DNA of 64,000 bases from an uncultured Rhodobacteraceae bacterium. GTDB taxonomy: Bacteria > Pseudomonadota > Alphaproteobacteria > Rhodobacterales > Rhodobacteraceae. Both the position numbers and the translations under genes were made by a program. The stretch covers positions 39,646 through 103,645 of the forward strand of contig CAJXWO010000001.1 in assembly GCA_913062865.1 (NCBI GenBank), read 5' to 3'. The notes under the pieces are model-generated. The model saw nothing but the letters and a program-made list of their open reading frames with translations, was not told where the DNA came from and searched no databases. The stretch's first letter is position 1, and each line of letters opens with the position of its first letter. Positions 44,309 through 53,518 of this stretch are shown piece by piece.

Positions 44309-47214
44309 TCAGCGGCCGGCAGGATGCGGCGCGACCGGTCGGCCTGGGCTTCGTAGCTGTCTTGCCACGCGGTCGGCCCGTTCGACAACGACACCTGCAC
44401 CGCCGTCACCTTGTATTCCGGGCAGTTCGTGGCCCAGTCGGAATGGTCCGTGGTCACCACATTGGCCTGGGTCGCCGGATGGTGGAAGGTGGTGTAGACA
44501 ACGCCCGGGCTCACGCGGTCGGTGATCTTGGCGCGTAGCGACGTGGCGCCCGAGCGCGAGGCAAGCTTGACCCAATCGCCGTCGTTGACGCCGCGCTGTT
44601 CGGCGTCGTGGGGGTGAATTTCCAGCACGTCCTCGTCATGCCAGACGGTGTTGGCCGTCCGCCGGGTCTGTGCACCCACGTTGTACTGCGACAGGATGCG
44701 CCCCGTCGTCAGCAAGAGCGGGAAGCGCGGGCCGGTCCGTTCCTCGGTCGCGATATACTCGGTGATGATGAACTGGCCCTTGCCGCGCACGAAGCCGCCC
44801 ACATGCATGATGGGCGAGCCGTCGGGGTTGGCCTCGTTGCAGGGCCATTGCACCGATCCGCGTTCTTCCAGAAGGGCGTAATCCACATTGGCGAAACTGG
44901 GCGTGGTCGCCGCGATCTCGTCCATGATCTGGGCCGGGTGGGTATAGTGCCAGCCCGCGCCCATGGCATTGGCCAGAAGCTGCGTGACCTCCCAATCGGC
45001 ATAACCGTTGCGGGGGGCCATGACCTTGCGCACGCGGTTGATGCGGCGTTCTGCATTGGTAAAGGTGCCGTCCTTTTCCAGGAAGGTGGAGCCCGGCAGG
45101 AAGACATGGGCGTAATTTGCCGTCTCGTTCAGGAAAAGATCGTGAACGATGACGCAGTCCATAGCCGCAAGGCCCGCCGCCACATGCTTGGTGTCCGGGT
45201 CGGACTGCAGGATATCCTCGCCTTGGATATAGATGCCCTTGAACGTGCCATCGACGGCCGCATCCAGCATGTTAGGGATGCGCAGGCCCGGTTCGGCCTC
45301 GAGCGTGGTGCCCCAGATCTTTTCAAACACCTCGCGCGCGGCATCGTCCGAAACATGGCGATAGCCGGGCAACTCGTGCGGGAACGATCCCATGTCGCAA
45401 GAGCCCTGCACGTTGTTCTGACCGCGCAGCGGGTTCACGCCCACGCCGCGGCGACCGATATTGCCGGTCATCATCGCCAGGTTGGCGATGGCCATGACGG
45501 TGGTCGACCCCTGGCTGTGTTCGGTCACGCCGAGGCCATAGTAGATGGCCCCGTTGCCGCCGGTCGCGAAAAGGCGCGCCGCGGCGCGCAACGCGTCCGC
45601 GGGCACGCCGGTCAGAAGCGCGGTCGCCTCGGGGCTGTGGCGCGGGTCGGCGGCGAACTCGGCATAGTGCTGGAACTCGTCCCAGTCGCACCTCTCGCGA
45701 ATGAACGCTTCGTTCATCAGCCCCTCGGTCACGATGACATGGGCCATCGCGGTCAGCACGGCCACGTTGGTGCCGGGGCGCAGGGGCAGGTGATGGGCGG
45801 CCTCCACATGGGGGGTGCGGACAAGGTCGATGCGACGCGGGTCGATGACGATCAGCTTCGCGCCCTGGCGCAGGCGCTTTTTCAGCCGCGAGCCAAAGAC
45901 CGGATGGCCGTCGGTGGGGTTCGCGCCGATCACGATCACCACATCGGTGTCTTCAACGCTGTCGAAATCCTGGGTGCCGGCCGAGGTGCCGAAGGTCGTC
46001 TTGAGCCCGTAGCCCGTGGGCGAATGGCAGACGCGCGCGCAGGTGTCGGTGTTGTTGTTGCCAAAGACTGCTCGGATCATTTTTTGCACGAGGAAGGTTT
46101 CCTCGTTCGTGCAGCGGCTCGACGTGATGCCGCCGATGGCGCCCTTGCCATGCTTGGCCTGAAGATCGCGCAGGCGCGTGGCGGCAAAGCCGATGGCCTC
46201 GTCCCAGCTGACCTCGCGCCAGGGATCGTTGAGGCTGTCGCGGATCATCGGGTGCAGGATGCGGTCGGCATGGTTGGCATAGCCATAGGCAAAGCGGCCC
46301 TTGACGCAGCTGTGCCCACGATTGGCCTTGCCGTGCTTGTAGGGCACCATGCGCACCAGCTCGTCGCCATTCAGCTCGGCCTTGAACGAACAGCCCACGC
46401 CGCAATAGGCGCAGGTGGTCACGACCGAGCGTTCGGGCGTGCCAAGCTCGATCACCGATTTCTCTTGCAGTGTCGCGGTGGGGCAGGCCTGCACACAGGC
46501 GCCGCAGCTCACGCAATCGGAGCCCAGGAAATCGTCGCCCGCCATGCCCGCCGACACGCGGCTGTCCCAGCCCCGGCCCTCGATGGTCAGCGCAAAGGTG
46601 CCCTGCACCTCTTCGCAGGCCCGCACGCAGCGCGAGCAGACAATGCATTTCGACGGGTCATAGGTGAAATAGGGGTTCGAATCGTCCTTGGGCAGCCAGT
46701 CCGGATTGGCCTCGCCACTGGTGTTGCGCGCCTCGAAATGATTGGAGAGCCCTGCGCCCTCGCGGGCCTCGTAGCGCACGTCGCGCAGGCCCACCATGCC
46801 GGCCATGTCCTGCAATTCGCAGTCGCCGTTGGCCGCGCAGGTCAGGCAGTCGAGCGGGTGGTCGGAGATATAGAGCTCCATTACCCCGCGGCGGATCTTG
46901 CGCACCTTGGAGGATTGCGTCGTGACGACCATACCCTCGGCCACCGGTGTGGTGCAGGACGCGGGCGTGCCGCGCCGGCCTTCGATTTCCACGACGCAAA
47001 GCCGGCAGGACCCGAACGCCTCCAGACTGTCGGTGGCACAGAGCTTGGGCACCTGGATGCCCGCCTCGGCGGCGGCGCGCATGACGCTGGTGCCTTCGGG
47101 CACGGTCACGTGGAAGCCGTCGATCGTCAGCGTGACGGGCGCGCCGGTCTTGGCGGGTGTGCCCATGTCGCGGTCGTCGTCCCAGGGGATGATGAAGTCT
47201 TTCATGGGGTGCAT
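44305..47214 (-). CDS. fdsA: NAD-dependent formate dehydrogenase alpha subunit (NuoG-like Fe-S N terminus + molybdopterin domain)
   Basis: 969 aa. Has 2Fe-2S and 4Fe-4S cysteine clusters (CRLCVVE, CxxCxxCxxxC sets), a molybdopterin oxidoreductase core and a C-terminal barrel. There is no in-frame TGA, so it is the Cys type. An alternative ATG at 47205 has better RBS spacing. Confidence 0.92.
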   Translation of the reverse strand: MHPMKDFIIPWDDDRDMGTPAKTGAPVTLTIDGFHVTVPEGTSVMRAAAEAGIQVPKLCATDSLEAFGSCRLCVVEIEGRRGTPASCTTPVAEGMVVTTQSSKVRKIRRGVMELYISDHPLDCLTCAANGDCELQDMAGMVGLRDVRYEAREGAGLSNHFEARNTSGEANPDWLPKDDSNPYFTYDPSKCIVCSRCVRACEEVQGTFALTIEGRGWDSRVSAGMAGDDFLGSDCVSCGACVQACPTATLQEKSVIELGTPERSVVTTCAYCGVGCSFKAELNGDELVRMVPYKHGKANRGHSCVKGRFAYGYANHADRILHPMIRDSLNDPWREVSWDEAIGFAATRLRDLQAKHGKGAIGGITSSRCTNEETFLVQKMIRAVFGNNNTDTCARVCHSPTGYGLKTTFGTSAGTQDFDSVEDTDVVIVIGANPTDGHPVFGSRLKKRLRQGAKLIVIDPRRIDLVRTPHVEAAHHLPLRPGTNVAVLTAMAHVIVTEGLMNEAFIRERCDWDEFQHYAEFAADPRHSPEATALLTGVPADALRAAARLFATGGNGAIYYGLGVTEHSQGSTTVMAIANLAMMTGNIGRRGVGVNPLRGQNNVQGSCDMGSFPHELPGYRHVSDDAAREVFEKIWGTTLEAEPGLRIPNMLDAAVDGTFKGIYIQGEDILQSDPDTKHVAAGLAAMDCVIVHDLFLNETANYAHVFLPGSTFLEKDGTFTNAERRINRVRKVMAPRNGYADWEVTQLLANAMGAGWHYTHPAQIMDEIAATTPSFANVDYALLEERGSVQWPCNEANPDGSPIMHVGGFVRGKGQFIITEYIATEERTGPRFPLLLTTGRILSQYNVGAQTRRTANTVWHDEDVLEIHPHDAEQRGVNDGDWVKLASRSGATSLRAKITDRVSPGVVYTTFHHPATQANVVTTDHSDWATNCPEYKVTAVQVSLSNGPTAWQDSYEAQADRSRRILPAAE

Positions 47215-47234
47215 CCTTTGGGGGTCAGCGGGGA

Positions 47235-47326
47235 AAGACGCGTCGACGCGTCTTGGGCGCGCGGGGTCGACCCCGCGCGTAAAGCCGTTTCGAAACGGCT
47301 TGAAACAAGGGCCTTCGAAGGCCCTT
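47235..47326. repeat. Array of four adjacent perfect palindromes in the fdsB-fdsA spacer
   Basis: AAGACGCGTCGACGCGTCTT (47235-47254), CGCGCGGGGTCGACCCCGCGCG (47258-47279), AAGCCGTTTCGAAACGGCTT (47282-47301) and AAGGGCCTTCGAAGGCCCTT (47307-47326). Each was checked base by base. Confidence 0.9.
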
Positions 47327-47344
47327 TTCCTGCGGCGCGGGCGG

Positions 47345-48862
47345 TCATTCGGCGGCCTCCTTCGCAGCGGCGAACTCGTCGGGGAAATGCGTGAGCGCTG
47401 ACATCACCGGGAAGGGCGTGAAGCCCCCCAGCGCGCAGAGCGAGCCGTCCTTCATCGTCTCGCACAGGTCTTCCAACAGCGGGATCGCCGATGCGTCGCC
47501 TTGTCCGATCCGGTCGATGGTCTCGACCCCGCGCACCGCACCGATGCGGCAGGGGGTACATTTCCCGCAGCTTTCCACGGCGCAGAATTCCATGGCGAAG
47601 CGGGCGAGCCCCCGCATATCCGCAGTGTCGTCGAACACGACAAGCCCCGCATGGCCGATCAGCCCGCCCTGGGCATCCAGTTCCTCGTATCCCAGGGGCG
47701 TGTCGAATTTCGACACCGGAAGATAGGCACCCAGCGGCCCGCCCACCTGCACCGCCTTGACCGGACGACCGCTCAGGGTTCCGCCCGCGATATCGTTCAC
47801 GACCTCGCCCAGGGAGACGCCGAACGCGGTCTCGAAGAGCCCGCCGCGGGCCACGTTGCCAGCGATCTGCAGGGTCACGGTGCCGCGCGACCGGCCCAGC
47901 CCGAAATCCGCATAATGCTGCGCGCCCCGCTCGAAGATCACCGGCACGGTGGCCAGGCTGATCACGTTGTTCACAACCGTGGGCTTGCCCAGGAAACCTT
48001 CGAGTGCCGGGAGCGGCGGCTTGGCGCGCACCACGCCGCGCTTGCCCTCGAGGCTGTTGAGAAGCGAGGTTTCCTCGCCGCAGACATAGGCGCCCGCGCC
48101 GACGCGGATCTCCATGTCGAAGTGGTGGCCGGAGTGAAGAACGTCGCCCAATACATTGTTGTTTCGTGCAATATCGACTGCGCGCTCCATCACGTCGATG
48201 GCGTCGGGATATTCCGAGCGCAGATAGACATAGCCCTGGGTCGCGCCCACGCCGAGGCCGGCGATCACCATGCCTTCGATCAGGGAAAACGGGTCGCCCT
48301 CCATGATCATGCGGTCGGCGAAGGTGCCGCTGTCGCCCTCGTCGGCGTTGCAGACGATGTATTTCTGGTCGGCGTCCGCCTGGCGGACGGTGTTCCACTT
48401 GATGCCCGTGGGAAAGCCCGCGCCACCGCGGCCGCGCAGGCCGCTTGCGGTGACTTCCTCCACTATGGCCTCCGCACCCATCCCGAGCGCACGACGCAGG
48501 CCGGTCAGGCCGCCATGGGCCTCGTAATCGCTCAAGGACAGCGGGTCGATCACGCCGCAACGTGCAAATGTCAGTCGGGTCTGGCGACGCATCCAGTCCA
48601 GATCTTCGGTCGGGCCCAGAGCCTTGTCGCCGTCGCCGTCGAAAAGACCCGGCACATCGGCGGGGGTCATGGGGCCAAAGGCGTGGCGGACGCCGTCACG
48701 GTCGATCTCGACCAGCGGTTCGAGCCAGACCATGCCGCGGCTGCCGTTGCGGATGATCTCAACATCCATGCCACGGCGGCCAGCCTCGGCAGCCAGTGCC
48801 TTGGCCACGGCATCGGCGCCCAGGGCGCGGGCCGCGGCGTCGCGGGGAACGTAGATTTTCAT
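47345..48862 (-). CDS. fdsB: Formate dehydrogenase beta subunit (NuoF-like, FMN/NAD-binding)
   Basis: Starts MKIYVPRDAAA. Contains GLRGRGGAGFPTG, CNADEGDSGTF, YVCGEETSLLNSLEG and ESCGKCTPCR. The 682-aa ORF is an extension through fdsG. Confidence 0.92.
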   Translation of the reverse strand: MKIYVPRDAAARALGADAVAKALAAEAGRRGMDVEIIRNGSRGMVWLEPLVEIDRDGVRHAFGPMTPADVPGLFDGDGDKALGPTEDLDWMRRQTRLTFARCGVIDPLSLSDYEAHGGLTGLRRALGMGAEAIVEEVTASGLRGRGGAGFPTGIKWNTVRQADADQKYIVCNADEGDSGTFADRMIMEGDPFSLIEGMVIAGLGVGATQGYVYLRSEYPDAIDVMERAVDIARNNNVLGDVLHSGHHFDMEIRVGAGAYVCGEETSLLNSLEGKRGVVRAKPPLPALEGFLGKPTVVNNVISLATVPVIFERGAQHYADFGLGRSRGTVTLQIAGNVARGGLFETAFGVSLGEVVNDIAGGTLSGRPVKAVQVGGPLGAYLPVSKFDTPLGYEELDAQGGLIGHAGLVVFDDTADMRGLARFAMEFCAVESCGKCTPCRIGAVRGVETIDRIGQGDASAIPLLEDLCETMKDGSLCALGGFTPFPVMSALTHFPDEFAAAKEAAE

Positions 48863-49362
48863 TCCGAAAGCCCTTCGATCAGGGTGTCCAGCCGGTCTGC
48901 ATCGACGCGGGCGACGACGTCGCCATCGACCAGAACCGCCGGTCCGCAGGCACAGAGCCCCAGGCAATAGATCGGTTCGAGGGTGATCCCGCCATCCTCG
49001 GTGGTCTGGTGCCAGTCGATCCCCAACCGCCGCTTGGCATGGTCGGAAAGCGCGGCACCGCCCACGGCCTGGCAGGCCTCGGACCGGCAGATCTTGAGTG
49101 AGTGGCGCCCGGCGGGCTGGTCGCGGAAATCGTGGTAGAAACTGATCACGCCATGCACTTCGGCCCGGGTCAGATTCAAATGGTCGGCGATGCGCGGGAT
49201 CGCGGCGGCCGGGATATGGCCGAAGCTGTCCTGCATGTCGTGCAGGATGGGTAGAAGCGGCCCCTCGCGCGTCATGTGGCGGGACACGATCTGGTCCGTT
49301 TCGGCCAGAATATCTGTCTCGGCCAGGGCGTTTTGGGTGGACTGGGGGGGCTGCATGCGCAT
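48859..49362 (-). CDS. fdsG: Formate dehydrogenase gamma subunit (NuoE-like 2Fe-2S)
   Basis: 167 aa, with the cysteines C-x4-C ... C-x3-C (ICRSEACQ ... CLGLCACGP). The ATGA overlaps fdsB. Confidence 0.88.
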   Translation of the reverse strand: MRMQPPQSTQNALAETDILAETDQIVSRHMTREGPLLPILHDMQDSFGHIPAAAIPRIADHLNLTRAEVHGVISFYHDFRDQPAGRHSLKICRSEACQAVGGAALSDHAKRRLGIDWHQTTEDGGITLEPIYCLGLCACGPAVLVDGDVVARVDADRLDTLIEGLSE

Positions 49363-49427
49363 CTCCGTGTGGGTGCGCGGACCGTGACGGCAAATGATCC
49401 GTCTTTCAATATCGCTTTTCCGTCATG

Positions 49428-49446
49428 TGATAGGTGATGCCTATCA
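49428..49446. promoter_or_regulatory. Inverted repeat upstream of fdsG, overlapping the LysR gene stop (possible operator or terminator stem)
   Basis: TGATAGG-TGATG-CCTATCA, a 7-bp arm inverted repeat containing a T-N11-A core, about 65-85 nt upstream of the fdsG ATG. Confidence 0.3.
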
Positions 49447-50337
49447 ATTGTCATCCCTTTGTGCCATCCCGCGTGCTTCGGTCAGCAAAGCGTCCAAAAC
49501 CGGCGTATGGGGTTCCCGAAACGGCGCGATCAGCCCGATCCCGTGGCGCGCGCGCGGCTTGTTGATGGGCCGCACCGCAAGGTTTTTTCCCGCGGCCAGA
49601 AAGCCAGCCATCTGCACGGGCAGGACCGTGGCATAATCGCCCGTCGCCACGAGGCCCATCAGCACCACGGTCGAGTTCGATTCGACCACCGCCTCGGGGT
49701 TCACCCCGGCGCGCAGAAACGCCTGGTTGATGATCCTGCGGTTCTGCATTTCCGGCGTCAGCAGGCAAAGCGGCAGGTCCGACACCTCGGCCCAGGTCAC
49801 CTGCGGCTTGGCGGCGATGGGCGCGGCCGCGTCGCAGACCAGCCTGTAGTCCTCGGTGATGAGCGGGGTCGCGGTCACACGGCCCAGAGGCTCGTTATCG
49901 AGATAGGTGATCCCGGCATCGGCCTCGAGATTGTCGAGCATCGACAAGATCTCGCTTGACGGGCGGGACAGGATCGTGAAGCGCACGTTGGGATGGGTCG
50001 CACGGAACCGCGCCGCCAGCTCTGCGCCGGTGGTCAGCGCGGTGGGGATCACGGCAAGGCGCAGGTCACCGGACAGACCCTGGCGGGCGACGCGCATCTC
50101 TTCGCGCAGGGTCCGCGTGTCGCCAACGATCTGCCGGGCCCAGACCAGCGCGCGCTGGCCTTCCGGGGTGAGCCCGCCATAGCGCGACCCGCGCCAGACC
50201 AGTTGCACGCCCAGCTGCTCTTCGAGCTGCTTGATCCCGGCGGAAAGACTGGGCTGCGTGATCCCGAGGCTTTCGGCGGCGCGTCCGAAATGCTCTTCGC
50301 GGCTCAGCGCGATGAACATCTCAAGCTTGTCGATCAT
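49444..50337 (-). CDS. LysR-family transcriptional regulator upstream of the fds operon
   Basis: HTH: MIDKLEMFIALSREEHFGRAAESLGITQPSLSAGIKQLEEQLG. 297 aa. The longer 369-aa ORF has a nonsense N terminus. Confidence 0.85.
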   Translation of the reverse strand: MIDKLEMFIALSREEHFGRAAESLGITQPSLSAGIKQLEEQLGVQLVWRGSRYGGLTPEGQRALVWARQIVGDTRTLREEMRVARQGLSGDLRLAVIPTALTTGAELAARFRATHPNVRFTILSRPSSEILSMLDNLEADAGITYLDNEPLGRVTATPLITEDYRLVCDAAAPIAAKPQVTWAEVSDLPLCLLTPEMQNRRIINQAFLRAGVNPEAVVESNSTVVLMGLVATGDYATVLPVQMAGFLAAGKNLAVRPINKPRARHGIGLIAPFREPHTPVLDALLTEARGMAQRDDN

Positions 50338-50573
50338 GGGCCTCTCCCTTGCCTGTCTCCGGGCCGTCAACCGGCGGTGATCCGCCCGGCCCGCGCTCGG
50401 GACCATAAGGCCACGGTTTCGCCAGATTTGCGATTTTTCTTTGCAATTGCGCGGGAGTTGCCACGGCTCCGCCGGGGCGCTTCCACAAATCGGACCCGCC
50501 GCGCCCGCAGGCTGACATCGCGTTTCGCGGTAGCGGCCCGACCCGGGCGGCACGGGTTCCAGTGGAGGGTGAT

Positions 50574-51176
50574 GTGGCGCGTATCCTGATTGCCGATGGC
50601 GATATCCTGTTTTGTGGGCTGCTGGAAAAGGTCCTGCGCCTTGACGGGCACAAGATCCACGCCGCAGGCTCCCTGTCGGCGCTGGACAGCGCAGTGCGGG
50701 AGATCCCGGGGCCGGATCTGGTGCTAGTCGATCTGCGCCTGCCCGGGATGAACGGGCTGGAACGCTTCGCGTCGGCGGTCGCGGCCGCCGCCTGTCCGGT
50801 GGCTTTGGTCGCCGGGCCGCTCAGGTTTCGCATCGCCCGCGAGGCATCGGCCCTGGGTGCCGCGGGAACGGTGAGCAAGAGCCTTGCGCTTCGGGATTTC
50901 ACCGATGCCCTCGACCAGCTTCTGGCGGGGATGCCGGTGATCCTCACCGATCCCGACGTGACCGGCCCGCCCGCTGCCACGCCTGACGAACTGACCGTGC
51001 GTGAGCATGAGGTCATCACGCTTGTCGCCGCGGGCTGGTCGAACCGCGAGGTGGCCGAGCGGATGGGATTGCGGGAAACCACGGTCAAACTGCATCTCAA
51101 GACGCTGTCGGGAAAGCTGGGTGCGCGCAACCGGACCCATGCGGCGGTCATCGCCCGGGACAAGGGTTTGATCTGA
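50574..51176 (+). CDS. Response regulator with a LuxR/FixJ-type HTH output domain
   Basis: A receiver-like N terminus (ILIADGD...LVLVDLRLPGMNG) and a C-terminal LTVREHEVITLVAAGWSNREVAERMGLRETTVKLHLKTL. GTG 50574 follows GGAGGG; the longest ORF starts at GTG 50562. Confidence 0.8.
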   Translation: MARILIADGDILFCGLLEKVLRLDGHKIHAAGSLSALDSAVREIPGPDLVLVDLRLPGMNGLERFASAVAAAACPVALVAGPLRFRIAREASALGAAGTVSKSLALRDFTDALDQLLAGMPVILTDPDVTGPPAATPDELTVREHEVITLVAAGWSNREVAERMGLRETTVKLHLKTLSGKLGARNRTHAAVIARDKGLI

Positions 51177-51198
51177 GATCTGATCCGAGCGGGTGACG

Positions 51199-52179
51199 TC
51201 AGTCGCGCCGTTGCGCAAGATCGGTCAGGTGGCTCGCCGCACCGGTCAGGGCGGCATAGTCGTCCTCGACGACAAAGACCGGGAACTGGTCCAGGAATTC
51301 GGAAAACCGGCCCTTGTCGCGGAACGCCTCGGCAAAGCCGAACCGGTGCAGATAGGGCGCCAGCGCGCGGGACACGCCGCCCACCAGGTAAAGCCCGCCG
51401 AAGGGCAGCATGATCAGGGCCAGATCGCCGGCGACACGGCCCATGAAGCGCGCGAAATCGGCCACCGCCCGTTCGGCCACCGGGTCTGCGTCGGTCTTGC
51501 AGGCCTCCATGATCTCGGCCGCCTTGGGGCGCGCATCGCTGCCCACCGCGTGGGCATGCACCCGGTAGAGCATTTCCAGCCCGCGGCCCGACAATACCTC
51601 TTCGACGGCGGCAAAGCCGTGCTTGTCCTCGATGAAACGGGCGATCTTCAGGTCGTCCTGATCATGCACGGGCAGGCTGACATGGCCCGATTCCGACGGC
51701 GGCACGAAGACTCCCAACTCGGTGCGAAAGACCGAGGCCGCGTTGAACCCGGTGCCCACCCCCATAACCATCTGCGCGGCATGTTCGCTGGCGGGTTGGC
51801 CCTCGCAGATGCGGGTCACGTTGGCCGGGTCGAGATGGGGCAGGGCATGGCCCTGGGCCTGCAGATCGTTCAGGATCGCGAGGATTTGCGCGCCGGTCGC
51901 CCGGCCCAGCGTGTCGCGGTCGAAGGTCCAGTCGTGATTGGTCAGCTGTCCGACCCCATCGCGCACCGGCCCTGCAACGGCGACGCAGGCGGCATCGACC
52001 TCGGGGCTGCCGCACTCTTCCAGAAAGCGCGAGAGCACATGGGCGAGGTCGCGATGCTCGGCATTCTTGTAGCGCTTGACGCTACCTGACCGCACCACGG
52101 GCCCATCGGCCAACGCCACGCGGGTATTGGTGCCGCCGATATCGGCGACCAGGGCGACAAGGGGGTCTGGCGGGGTCAT
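51199..52179 (-). CDS. glk: Glucokinase
   Basis: LVADIGGTNTRVAL N-terminal ATP motif. 326 aa, consistent with the bacterial Glk family. Confidence 0.85.
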   Translation of the reverse strand: MTPPDPLVALVADIGGTNTRVALADGPVVRSGSVKRYKNAEHRDLAHVLSRFLEECGSPEVDAACVAVAGPVRDGVGQLTNHDWTFDRDTLGRATGAQILAILNDLQAQGHALPHLDPANVTRICEGQPASEHAAQMVMGVGTGFNAASVFRTELGVFVPPSESGHVSLPVHDQDDLKIARFIEDKHGFAAVEEVLSGRGLEMLYRVHAHAVGSDARPKAAEIMEACKTDADPVAERAVADFARFMGRVAGDLALIMLPFGGLYLVGGVSRALAPYLHRFGFAEAFRDKGRFSEFLDQFPVFVVEDDYAALTGAASHLTDLAQRRD

Positions 52180-52183
52180 GGGA

Positions 52184-53506
52184 TCACCTGGTTAGCGCTA
52201 ACTTCAGCGCCTCATAGGACGCTTTCGGTGTGCGCTGCAAGCTGTCGAAATCCACATGCACAAGGCCAAAGCGCTTGTCATAGCCCAGGGCCCATTCATA
52301 ATTGTCCAGAAGCGACCAGATGAAATAGCCATGCACCGGCACGCCCTCGGCCAGCGCCTTTTGCACCATGGCCACATGGGCGTTGAGATAGTCGATGCGG
52401 TCGGTGTCCTCGATCCGGCCACCCTCGATCCGGTCGGGCGCGGCCATGCCGTTCTCGGTCACGATCAGCGGCAGGTCGCCGGTATACTCCTCGGCGGTGC
52501 GCTTGAGAAACCGGTAGAGGCCTTCGGGATAGATCTCCCAGCCCATCTCGGTCTTGGGCAGCGGGCCGTCGACCTCGTCGAGCGACGGCCAGGGCTCGTT
52601 GTTGGGCGCGATGATCTTGCGGGTGTAGTAGTTCAGGCCGCACCAGTCGACCGGCGCGGTTATGGTCGCGAAATCATCCTGCCAGCCCGCGGGCATGTGC
52701 GGGCCCAACCCTTCCATCACGCTGTCCGGGTAGGCGCCCTTGAAGACGCCGCCCAGGAAGAAACGGTTGTAATAGCCGTCATAGCGTTGCGCCGCGGCCT
52801 GTGCGACCTCGCTGCCATCCACAGGCGTGGGCCATTCGAAGTTGAAGACCGCGCCCAGGTTACCCAGCCCCAGGCCCCGCAGCGCCTGGATCGCGGTGCC
52901 ATGGGCCAGAAGCACATGGTGCATGGCCCGGGCCGTGGCGCGGATGTCGCGCAGGCCCGGCGCGTGGTGGCCCATGAAATGGCTTAGCCAACCCACGCAC
53001 CAGGGCTCGTTGATGGGCGCCACCGAATACATCCGGTCGCCGATCCGGCCCATGATCACCTGCGCGAACTCACCGAACCAGCCCGCGATGTCGCGGTTGC
53101 GCCAGCCGCCCAGATCGGCGAGCGGGCTGGGCAGCTCCCAGTGATAGAGCGTGGCGCAGGGCTTCAGCCCGCGCTCCAGCATCGCGTCGGTGAGCCGGTC
53201 GTAGAAATCGAGCCCCTCGGCATTGGGCGTGCCGCGCCCTTCGGGCAGGACGCGTGCCCAGCTGGTGGAAAAGCGGTAGCAATCGAAGCCTACGGCGGCG
53301 ACAAGATCCAGATCCTCTTCGTAGCGGTGGTAGTGATCGCAGGCGCGGTCGCCGTTTTCGGCCTTGACCACGTTGCCGGGGGTGCGCGCGAACGTGTCCC
53401 AATGGGTTTCGCCGGCGCCACCGAAGCGGTGGCCCTCGATCTGGTAGCTCGACGTGGCGGTCCCGAAGAGGAAGCCATCGGGAAAATCGGATCGTTTGAA
53501 CTGCAT
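52184..53506 (-). CDS. bglA: GH1 beta-glucosidase
   Basis: FLFGTATSSYQIEG, TLYHWELP, the acid/base motif NEPW, and the nucleophile motif VTENG. Confidence 0.92.
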   Translation of the reverse strand: MQFKRSDFPDGFLFGTATSSYQIEGHRFGGAGETHWDTFARTPGNVVKAENGDRACDHYHRYEEDLDLVAAVGFDCYRFSTSWARVLPEGRGTPNAEGLDFYDRLTDAMLERGLKPCATLYHWELPSPLADLGGWRNRDIAGWFGEFAQVIMGRIGDRMYSVAPINEPWCVGWLSHFMGHHAPGLRDIRATARAMHHVLLAHGTAIQALRGLGLGNLGAVFNFEWPTPVDGSEVAQAAAQRYDGYYNRFFLGGVFKGAYPDSVMEGLGPHMPAGWQDDFATITAPVDWCGLNYYTRKIIAPNNEPWPSLDEVDGPLPKTEMGWEIYPEGLYRFLKRTAEEYTGDLPLIVTENGMAAPDRIEGGRIEDTDRIDYLNAHVAMVQKALAEGVPVHGYFIWSLLDNYEWALGYDKRFGLVHVDFDSLQRTPKASYEALKLALTR

Positions 53507-53518
53507 GTCGGGGCTTTC

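Noticed and set aside
44608-47394. 928-aa plus-strand ORF opposite fdsA
   Set aside because: Antisense to the molybdopterin formate dehydrogenase gene. The product is G/A/R/H/D-rich with no Fe-S or other motifs.
50428-50446. TTGC-N11-GCAA inverted repeat in the LysR / response-regulator divergent spacer as a LysR box
   Set aside because: The arms are only 4 bp and such matches are frequent. It is kept as a note, not a feature.
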